From Octopus vulgaris (taxonomy: Eukaryota), in contig OX597831.1 of the NCBI GenBank assembly GCA_951406725.2, positions 36,208,001 through 36,272,000 on the forward strand: DNA of 64,000 bases, given 5' to 3'. The notes below the pieces were generated by a model, which saw only the letters and a program-made list of their open reading frames with translations, was not told the origin of the DNA and ran no database searches. Made by a program: the position numbers and the translations under genes. This document shows, piece after piece, positions 54,219 to 64,000 of this stretch (its first letter is position 1; the number at the start of each line of letters is the position of its first letter).

Positions 54219-54221
<3 letters not shown>
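53969..54221. repeat. Inverted duplicate of 53393-53647 (MITE part plus its unique flank)
   Basis: tcatttcattatt...ctagcatccctccccgcttttatt...tttataaacagggtgttcaaaaagtctctcc...atcaatatacaagaat is the reverse complement of the upstream block. Confidence 0.9.
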
Positions 54222-54266
<45 letters not shown>

Positions 54267-54349
54267 CAGAGCACAGTTTGGTACATGCAGTTGGAGATAC
54301 GATGAAGATAAGAGTAAACCAAGTGAAACCAAGCAGCGTAGATTTAAAT

Positions 54350-54490
54350 ATCGAAGAAAGAGACCGATAGAATAAGTACTAGGCTTACAAAGAATAAGCT
54401 CTGGGGTCGATTTGCTCGACTAAATGCGGTGCTCTAGCATGGCCGCAGTCAACTAACTGAAACAAGTAAAAGAGTAAAGAGTAAAGAGTA
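54350..54490 (+). mobile_element. SINE family B, 3' fragment
   Basis: gagaccgatagaataagtactaggcttacaaag...gaaacaagtaaaagagtaaagag. Confidence 0.85.
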
Positions 54491-54601
54491 TTTCATATTT
54501 AGAACAGAGACGTGAAAATGTTTGGTATTCATCTTTTCCAAACTGTTTATTGGCAATTTTCGTTAAAATGACATATGTATAAAATGTCCGATAATTTAGA
54601 C

Positions 54602-54955
54602 CAGTGATTCTCAAGCAGGGCCCACATGGCCCCTGAGGGTTCATAAAAGATTTTGGGGGACCATGCAGTAAAATAATAAATTGGGGATCCACTAAAGTAT
54701 TGTAAGGGCCCCCGAAAAAAATTTGTTTTAGATGTATGTATTGGTGTGTTTTGCAAGAAACAGCTAAGGCTCTTTGTTTAACGTTTTGCATAATTCAACC
54801 AACACAAGTTAACGTGTGGAAAACAAAATAGGAATTTTGAAAGAAATTTCTGTAAAGCTATGTTTTGCAAAATCGAATGTCTATGGGGGTCCACCAGAAT
54901 AAAATAGCAATCAAAGAGGTCTAAAGATTTTTTAAAAAATGGTTCAGAACCCCCG
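54602..54955. mobile_element. Non-autonomous hAT element with 8-bp target-site duplication
   Basis: Ends cagtgattctcaa / ttcagaacccccg. Identical atttagac at 54594-54601 and 54956-54963. Confidence 0.88.
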
Positions 54956-55949
54956 ATTTAGACGAACAAGACAAGTGACGCAGGATGATTTGTCGTAAAT
55001 TTTAGCCCAAGAGGAAGTGTACTTGGGTGTCTTTTCTTTGTGTCTACTCTGCTGCAAAACATTACAACCAGGACTCTTGTCTGAGAATAATTCGTTCTGT
55101 CCATTTTTACTACCAGTCACAGAGGCCCTGAATTTTGTATGGATGATGTATTTCATCTTTCTCTGACTAAGAAAATGAATGAAAAGCCTCCGTAATCTTT
55201 CTGAATTTTCGTTGTTGAGGGAGAAAAATAGTTGGGTTGCGGGTGTAATATTTGGTTTGGATTTCTGGAAATTAGTTGCTCAACAACAAACATATGAGGC
55301 AGCGGAGTTCCGAACATATTAGTAGCTGCTTATTATAGTCGTAGATAAAATTATCCAGTGTAAAACATCATAAAAATCATGGGTACCAAATGATCTCAGA
55401 ATACTGATATATTTGCTTAATGCTATCAAACAAATATTATTAGTTACATGGCACCGTTCCAAGGTGATTGCAATATGCGGCTTTGACTGCAGTCTGAGTT
55501 GTATGGAAGAAAGAGTGCACAAGGAGCACATTACGGAATCTATGATATAGAAAAACTTATTTACTCGCCCCGGAGCAAACCTGTTATCAAAAGCGAACTG
55601 ACCGTGATTAACTGGCATTTTCTGAGAATCATGGACGTCAGTATCTAACGTATCCTTTCATTAATCTAAATTATTAAAAAAATTGGGTGTGATTTTAGTG
55701 AATTTTACTGTTATATTTGTCACGTAAAATGATGCCGTAAAGAGTCATTCGCTGGCTCATGAAATACCATTCAGTTAATGGGAGGATCAAAGAGAAGTAG
55801 GAAGAGAGGGTTTACGTAGAAACCGTATGTTTAGTAATTAAGACAAATCGTAAGAGGAGTGGTCAGTTAGGGACCGTTCGTATGTCAGGTGGACGGCCTT
55901 CATTGATATGCAAATATATGGGAAACTACCACCTGTCATCTCTTGTGAA

Positions 55950-56195
55950 AGGTAAGAGAGTCTAGTTTGCTTGACATTGTTGTAGAGCTGAAAAAGAGGT
56001 AATTTCTACTCTTCTCCTCTGGAAGCCATCTACCCGCAATACCAGAGGGTGCACACTCTCCTACCCTGATGCAATCTCCAGGGATACAGGCATCCAGCAA
56101 CAGGACCTCCGTAATGCCATGATGGACCGTGAAGTCTGGCGTAGCATGGTAAATTCCATTGTCTCGACCACGGTCGTACAATGATGATGATGATT
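55950..56195 (+). mobile_element. RTE-group LINE 3' fragment with (TGA)n tail
   Basis: HCCRAEKEVISTLLLWKPS.RN.RG...YPD.ISRDTG...DLRNAMMDREVWR, then tgatgatgatga. Confidence 0.8.
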
Positions 56196-56207
56196 GATAA
56201 GCTGTTG

Positions 56208-56245
<38 letters not shown>

Positions 56246-56262
56246 TACATTTCCTCTTATAC

Positions 56263-56793
56263 GTGAAGACACTTGGCTTGGCGGTTAGAGGTATTCGTCT
56301 CACGATCGTAGGGCCGTGATTTCGATTCCTGACGGTTCGGTGTGTCCTTGAGCAAGACACTTTATTTCATATTGCTGCATTTCAAAGCGTCATCCTTATT
56401 ACCTGCTGTGTCACGCTGAATCTCCCTGAAAACTATGTTATGGGTAAAGGCGGGTTTAGCTGGCAGAGACGTTAGCTCGTCGGAGGAGATGCTTAGCTGT
56501 ATTTCGTTTGTCTTTACGTTCTGAGTTCAAATTCCGTCGAGGTCGACTTTGCCTTTCATCCTTTCGGCATCGATAAACTAAGTACCAGCTACACACTGGG
56601 GTCGATATAATCTACTTAATCCGTTTGTCTGTCCTTGTTTGTCCCTTCTGTGTTTAGCCCCTTGTGGGTAGTAAAGAAATAGGTATGTGTGTTTATAGAA
56701 GGTTCAGCCACTTGCACGCTAATTTCATTTGCAGGAGTCTGTTCTGTTAATCGGATGAACTGTGACCCCTGTCGTTGCAACCGGTGGAGTGCT
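56263..56793 (+). mobile_element. SINE family D interrupted by a SINE family A copy (about 56448-56684)
   Basis: The family D body breaks at gttatgggta and resumes at ggtatgtgtg...gccacttgcacg after a complete family A unit. Confidence 0.85.
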
Positions 56794-57476
56794 AGTTTCT
56801 CTCATCTTTTAATCTGGTCCTCAAGGGAACAGCGAACTCCATAAACACATACCGAAATAGTTTCTTAACTTGACACGTTCATAATTTTAGCAAGCATTCT
56901 CAAGCACAGTCTGGTGTTAACGAGAATTTCTTAGATTCCTCGAGACATATATAGTTGTGAAATAACTACAAAAACAGAATACATTTACTAAGTGATGAAT
57001 ACTTTAAATTAATGTACTTAGCTTTTTCAAGCAAGTGTCTGGCTTGAATACACACAAACGTACACACATGCGTACGTACGCACATACGTACGTATGTGCG
57101 TCTGTGTATTGTAGAAATAGTGTCTCGCGAAATAATTTGCTTATATCGGTAAAGTGCATAGGATTTTGTGTCAATGTGAGAAATATTTGTATCGATGTTA
57201 ATATATAAATTGAGAGGGAAGGAAAGGGAAGTGAGAAACAGGATGATTGTAAGAGAGATAACAGATAAAAAGGAATACATAGGCGGCGAGCGTAAAATTT
57301 ATAAATGCCTACAGCGAGAAAAATGGCGGAAGTTTAAAAGTTTGTTTGAAACAGAAAATTCAACTAAATTCATTGACATGAATCATTAAAAGTACACGTT
57401 TTCAATTTAACAATATTAATTAATTTATAAATTCGAAGAATCAATAACATATTTCTGTCAATATTTATCATATTTA

Positions 57477-57762
57477 AGGCGGCGAGATGGCAGAAACGTT
57501 ATCACGCCGGGTGAAATGCTTAGCGGAATTTCGTCTGCCGCTACGTTCTGAGTTCCATTTTTCGCCGAGGTCGACTTTGCTTTTCATCCTTTCGAGATCG
57601 ATTAGATAAGTACCAGTTACACACTGGGGTCGTTGTAATCGATTTAATCCCTTTGTCTGTCTTTGTTTGTCCCCTCTATGCTTAGCCACCTGTGGACAAT
57701 AAAGAAATAAATATTATAACATATTTTAGGCGGTGAGCTGGCAGAAACGTTATCACGCCGGC
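57477..57762 (+). mobile_element. SINE family A plus a second head fragment
   Basis: Full unit to about 57710, then ggcggtgagctggcagaaacg. Confidence 0.88.
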
Positions 57763-57771
57763 GCATCATCA

Positions 57772-58927
57772 ATCAGGTCGTACAAGTTAGTTTTTCGTTG
57801 ATAGTGCCATTCCGAAAGTCCCGTGTTTCTCATAACTGTTTTGTACCATAGTCGTTATATTCATATCGATTTTACCCTTCTAAAATTGGCTTAGATCAAA
57901 CACTAAATGCTGGATGAATTCAGAAAAGGTTTGTCAGTAATGGAAGCGTGAAGAAATATTCGTACCGCCTATGGAAATGGAGCTTTAGGTATCTGGACAG
58001 GTTGGTACGGAAATATTTCTCTCGCAGATTTCTTGCAACTTCAGCATGCAAGTTCTGTGAATTTTGAGCTTCTGAAAACCATAATTGAGAAAGATTCAAA
58101 GCAAAGTGCACGAAAATCAGAGAAGCAGTTCAATTCAAGTTATACTTCGATCGTAAAACACCTTCATAAACTAGGCAGAGTGTCTAAACTTCGTCAGTGT
58201 GTCCCTAATCATCTGTTTTCTTTTCAGCTCAATCAAAGAGTGGCCCACTTTTCGTCATTGAAGAATAGACTTACCGCCGAACATTTTCTCTGAATAATCA
58301 CCCCAAATGAAGCAAAGTGGATTCTCTATAATCAATATGAAACGAAAACAACAATGCTTAGCACCCAAACCAGGACTATTCACGAAAAAAAAAGGTATTT
58401 CTTGTACTTGGTGGAATATGAAGGGTATCGTGGATCACAAAGTATTATGCCAAAACGAAACGCTCAATGCGTCGACAGTTGGGAGCATGACACAAAAATT
58501 ACCTGAAAAAGCGTCTATCATCGATCAATCATAAAGGAGCATTGCTCTTACCTGATAATGCAAGATTGCATATTGCCCAAATCACACGGGTAAAGATTGT
58601 ACCACTAAATACAGAGGTTTTGCCGCATCCTCGTTATTCTTCTGATCTTGTTCTATCTAATTGTCATAATTTCAGACCATAGAAACATTATTTAGAAGGA
58701 AACAGTTCATTGATTCTAAAGAGTTTCAAAAATGATGTTAAATGATCTTTGCTTGAAAATGTGAAGAATTTTACGTTCGAAGGATCGACGGTTTACCAAA
58801 CAAATGAGATAATGTTATCAATAATTAGTAGAAATGTTATTTTGATTAAATATGCCAATTATGTAAACGAACCATTTGTTTCTCCTCCATCTTGAAATGC
58901 GACAGGTTTTTCTTTCACGCCCTAATA
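57772..58927 (+). mobile_element. Decayed mariner transposon
   Basis: HLHKLGRVSKLRQCVPNHL (WVPHEL equivalent), IIT.NE.KW.LY, WWNMKGIV, DNARLH, HPRYSSDL.LS (HPPYSPDLAPS equivalent), with stops and frameshifts. Ends approximate. Confidence 0.85.
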
Positions 58928-58953
58928 CATAAATGCACGTATGTATGCACACA

Positions 58954-59025
<72 letters not shown>

Positions 59026-59044
59026 CACGCATACACACACAAAT

Positions 59045-59270
59045 ATATATTCTTTTATTCATTTACTTGCTTCAGACAGTCTCGACAGCAGCCATGATGA
59101 AGCACCGCCTTTATTCAAAGAAATCGGACTTATTCTTTGTAAGCCTAGTACTTATTTTATTGGTTTCTTTTTTGCTGAACCTCTAAGTTACGGGCGACAT
59201 AAATACACCAACATCGGTTGTCAAACAATGGTAGGGCGACAAGCCCGTGCACACACACACACACACACAC
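59045..59270 (-). mobile_element. SINE family B, 3' half
   Basis: ctttgtaagcctagtactta...ctaagttacggg...caacatcggttgtcaa. Confidence 0.78.
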
Positions 59271-59791
59271 ACATGTACTTTCGTTTAAACTTCCCTTACA
59301 TTATCTATTAACGAGCATCACAAAGATAAATTCTCTAATCCAAACACGCCCCCTGTTCCGTAGAACTAAAATGTGTTAAGAAGTCATTGTACTTGCTAGT
59401 AGCAGTACATTTAGTCCATGTTACTATTTAGTTTGTACAAAATAAAGTTATTAAGTGCAATATGCACAACATTAGAATCACGAAACATAAGTGCATCGTA
59501 AAGTTCGAGAAATTTCATCTTAAACTCAAAGTATGTACCACTACATCATTCTTTATGTTTTTCCCAAAACCATAACATGTCTCCCTTTCCTTTTCTGACG
59601 CAAGGAAGTCATGTAATCTTTTGTTTCTACCTCTATCTATATCTTAAAATTTTCTAGCGCTTTCTTCTTTTAATTTTTTCAATTTCCTTCGTTCTTTTAC
59701 CAATTTCTGATCCCACTTTTATACTTTATGCCAAATTTTTACTTCATTTTATTTTTCATTCACGCATTTTCTTTCTATATGTGTCTTTGTA

Positions 59792-59869
<78 letters not shown>

Positions 59870-60342
59870 CATACATACATGCATACATACACAGACGCAT
59901 ATGTATTTTTACTTCAGAGAATACATATGTATTTATTCAGTCTTTGATAATTTGATATATTTCCATATTGTTATGCCTTTTCTAACACTTGCAATGCATA
60001 CACACACACACACACACACGATGGCCAATTCCTGGTAGAAAGAGATATGAGCGTCTAGTTCTTTGATCACGTATACAACCGACCAAATGACTGAATTAGT
60101 TTGCGATATGGCAGCGTATTCCATAAACACGAGTACTGTCCAACCAACCATATTTTATGTAGATTTAAAACAGATACAGTGTGATAAGGCAAGTCGTTTA
60201 AATTACAGCCGTAGTCCATCCGATAGCTTCTACACATTTTTCGTCTACCCAATTTTGATCAGAGAATATTTTATCAAACATAGATGCAGTGAGATCAAAC
60301 AAGACAACAGTTTCATGAAGTGAATCTTTTAAACACGCATGT

Positions 60343-60445
<103 letters not shown>

Positions 60446-60478
60446 TTAAAACAATTCAAAAGCTACCAAAGAGTTAAG

Positions 60479-60536
60479 AGTCGCTGACGAGGATTAAGAC
60501 GATCTATATCAGAATCCGAAATCGTTCGATCCGGCT
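60479..60536 (+). ncRNA. Type I hammerhead ribozyme
   Basis: agtcg-CTGACGA-ggatt(17 nt)aatcc-GAAA-tcgttcga-TC-cggct. All three stems can form. AUC cleavage triplet. Confidence 0.85.
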
Positions 60537-60668
60537 ATATACGCTAAGGACTTATCTCCCTTTGTCAATCATTGATAGTAGCAGCACATTTAGTCCATGT
60601 TACTATTTAGTTTGTACATACATACATACATGCATACATATATATATAAATATATAAATATATATATA

Positions 60669-62220
60669 TCTCTTATTATAAAAGGCAGATTTTATCTGCC
60701 TCCCTTTGGGAGTTATACAAATCTACAATATAGGATTTCTTTAATTACAATTTACCTTGCATTTTTAAGAGTACAATGCATTGCGTCATGCCAGGTCCAG
60801 TTTTTAAAATTTAAACTCCAATTAAGCAAAATTTACAGAAAACTCACATTCTTGTGTGTGTGTCAAATGCTTTTCTTAGTCTGGTTTACACCACACGCAA
60901 ACGCACACACACAGTGGGCAACGAATAAAATGAAAGTAAATAGCGACAGAGTGATTTGAGGAAGCCTAAACTGAAAGTAATTAAACCACTACTCAAAAAA
61001 TAAAAAAACACAGCAAACAGAAACAAATAAATACATAACCATTTAGTCCTCACACAATTTCTTCAATTAGAATTTACCTAAGATTTTTCAAAGTACTCCA
61101 TTCGCTCATGCCATAATATATTTCTTTCAATTTCACCCCCAATTAAGACAAAATTCGAGAAAACTCAATATTTTAACATATCACTCCGAAAGCATTGATG
61201 TACATGTGTGCTTGCGAGAGTGTGTGTGTGTCATTCCTCACACACACGCATACACATACATATACAACTACATACAACTACATACACATACAACTACATA
61301 CAAACACGTGTGTGTTTGTTATTAGTAAAAAAGGCGCAAAAACACAACTCACTTATCATTCCAACACATTTGCAAAGACACACGGAGGACAGAAAAGGTA
61401 AATTGGTTTTTATTTTACTCTGTATATATTTTATTATATAATATTATATATAGATATATGTATACATAATTGCAGTATGAAACAGTGTTTATGTATAAAC
61501 AGACGACACTTATATATAGTTACCAAGCCGCCCGAATTTACCTATTCATATTTAAATGAGAATATCAGAGCAAATCTCTTTAGTACATTCGTGAAAACAC
61601 GTATTATACTTCGTAAACACTTCAACTACAGTTTTGTACAAAAATCGAAGTGTAATTTTAATTCCGTGAATTATGGGAGATTTTTTTCCGAAATTTGTTC
61701 CTATTGTGTTTTCAAAATTTGTAATTCTGACAAAAAATGGATACGAATTTCATTATATCAAGCAGCGAGTCAGAATTCGAAGGATTTTCTACTGAAGACC
61801 TTCATAAATCTAACTCTATGACTGAAAAAAAAAAAGCATCTTTATATAAGAGTGAAGTTGTGTGTCTGTCTCCTACGATTTCGATTCCTAACTGCTCCCA
61901 CATTTTGCGGTGCAGTTTAACCAAAAGCGGGTATCTTATAGTCGTGATTCATATCGAGCCCTTCTGGGTATTAGCGTGCGTCTACGATGAGTCTACGATT
62001 TAAAAAAAATTTACCATCATATTTTTCCATTTTAATGCATTTTTTTCGCTTTTATATAAGGAAGTAACTCTCTAAAAATATCTACGATGTGTCAACGATT
62101 TAAAAAATATTTACCTTAATTTTTTTTCAATTTTTAATGCATTTTTTGGCTATAACTCTCTAAAAATGCTTATATAGTTATTTCCCTTACAATCCGAGCA
62201 ACGCCGGGCGATACTGCTAG
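60669..62220 (+). mobile_element. Non-autonomous Helitron-like element(s) in (TA)n
   Basis: 5' TC start (a|tctcttattataaaagg), 3' hairpin ccgagcaacgccggg followed by ctag|t, and a second 5'-like start at 61839 (tctttatataagagtgaagttgtgtgtctgtc). Confidence 0.72.
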
Positions 62221-62452
62221 TATATATATATATGTTCGTATAGAGCTGGTCACAATTGCCATTTGGTGTGATACCACCTTCTCTAGACATGAAGATAACA
62301 TTTAGTAAGTCAAGGTATTTATGATTTATGTTGTACAGTATTTAATCTACCTGAAATTTTCTCTCGCTCCCCCCTCTCTCTCTGTATATATACACACATA
62401 TATATACAAACATATATATAAATATATATATATACATATATATATATACATA

Positions 62453-62499
<47 letters not shown>

Positions 62500-62501
<2 letters not shown>

Positions 62502-62662
62502 GACAGGCTTCTTTCTGTTTCCGTCTACAAAATCCACTCACAAGGCATTGGTCGGCCCGAGGCTATAGCAGAAGACACTTGCCCAAGATGCCACGCAGTG
62601 GGACTGAACCCGGAACCATGTAGTTGGTAAGCAAGCTACTTACCACCACAGCCACTCCTGCG

Positions 62663-62665
<3 letters not shown>
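62500..62665 (-). mobile_element. SINE family B, 5' half
   Basis: Reverse complement ggcgcaggagtggctgt...ccgggttcagtcccactgcgtggc. Confidence 0.88.
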
Positions 62666-62717
<52 letters not shown>

Positions 62718-62722
62718 GTACA

Positions 62723-62759
<37 letters not shown>

Positions 62760-63344
62760 GTGTACGTATGTATATATGCGCGTATATATGTATATATATG
62801 TTTGTATATATGTTCGTATGTATATATACATACATATATATACATATATATATATATACATATATGCGTGTTTATGCGTGTACTTGTGTGTGTGTATGTA
62901 CGTATGTATATGCATGTCTACAAACACGTTCAAACACAATCATAATGAAGAAAGGAGCAATTAAAAGACATGTATAGAGTCAAAGCTACAGCTACCTTCC
63001 TGTCTCAGTCTGGAATGAATAGAAAACTTTTAATAATTCCAGTTTGAATATTATTTCATAGAAATATAACTATTGTCTATTCCGAAGGCTTAAATATGGC
63101 GGTGATTCTTTTACAGCCAAATCAGAAAATGGCTGTTTTTCATTGCAATGTCTATTTCCTGTTCCCATCTTTTGTTTTTTCTTTTCCTTTTCATCACATA
63201 TCTCAATTTTCATATTATATTTGCTGAAATATTTTTCTGTTGTATTTGTTTTTGTACGATTTTATTGTTGTTCTTATTTGTGCTGTTGGTTATTAAGGAA
63301 ATGTGTGGGTTTTTAGAGATAGGTTAAATAATGTTCATTGCTTT

Positions 63345-63553
63345 ATTTACATTATTTACACTATTTACATTTGATGGTTATTTGTCCACATCTTGTTTGT
63401 TGTTAACACAACGTTTCGGCTGATATACGTTTCGGCCTCATGAAGGCTGGAGGGTCTATCAGCCGAAACGCTGTATTAACAACAAACAAGATGACAAATA
63501 TCCATCAAATGTAAATAATGTACATAATTCCACATCTCTTAAATATAGAACTG
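63345..63553. mobile_element. Fold-back PLE-type terminus pair with a mutated hammerhead (63437-63470)
   Basis: tatttacatttgatgg...ttgtttgttgttaacacaacgtttcggctgata is mirrored by tatcagccgaaacgctgtattaacaacaaacaag...ccatcaaatgtaaata. Core CTCATGA-a-ggctg(10 nt)cagcc-GAAAC. Confidence 0.8.
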
Positions 63554-63679
63554 AATATTCATCGCTGTTGTTCAAATTGGAACGTATGTTTAGAAGTAGC
63601 TACGGCTGTGGTTTCTAGCAGATCGAACGACTGCATTGAAACTTCTCCATCAGGAAAATTACTCTTTACTCTCTCTCTC

Positions 63680-63890
63680 GCTTTACTCTTTTACTTGCTT
63701 CAGTCATTTTACTGTGGCCATGCTGGAGCACCGCCTTGAGTCGAGCACATCAACCTCAGGACTTATTCTTTGTAAGCCTAGTACTTATTCTATAGGTCTC
63801 TTTTGCTAAACCGCTAAGTTACAGGGGCGTAAATACACTAGCATCTGTTGTCAAGCGATGTTGGGACGACAAGCACAGACACGCAAACAC
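63680..63890 (-). mobile_element. SINE family B, 3' half
   Basis: tttacttgcttcagtcattt...ggccatgctggagcaccgcc...ccgctaagttac. Confidence 0.85.
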
Positions 63891-63919
63891 ACACACATAT
63901 ACATACATGCATACATACA

Positions 63920-64000
<81 letters not shown>

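Overview
AT-rich eukaryotic DNA saturated with microsatellites and repeats. The tRNA-derived SINE families and (TA)n/(CA)n/(ATCT)n density suggest an octopod cephalopod, which is an inference. I see no intact host gene, and nearly all ORF-track entries are translated microsatellites. Recognisable content: four interspersed SINE families (called A-D here), 3' fragments of RTE and CR1 LINEs, mariner/Tc1 and hAT relics and MITEs, a Helitron-like element, a decayed Penelope-like (PLE) reverse transcriptase, and a CCHC zinc-knuckle ORF1 relic. The main result is a set of hammerhead-ribozyme (HHR) motifs in several unrelated PLE-type termini, mostly next to (TA)n or (CA)n tracts. Three have complete canonical cores (43343-43433 +, 48549-48611 -, 60479-60536 +) and several are degenerate, often arranged as fold-back palindromes. 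One belongs to a young, RT-less element (40881-43580) with an open Asn-rich plus GIY-YIG ORF whose ATG comes from its inverted terminal repeat. A frameshifted RSPRY1-like host-gene fragment (48051-48293, -) lies between two PLE-type termini. An RTE insertion shows a twin-priming-type 5' inversion. All calls come from reading the sequence by eye. No searches or folding programs were run, and repeat boundaries are approximate.
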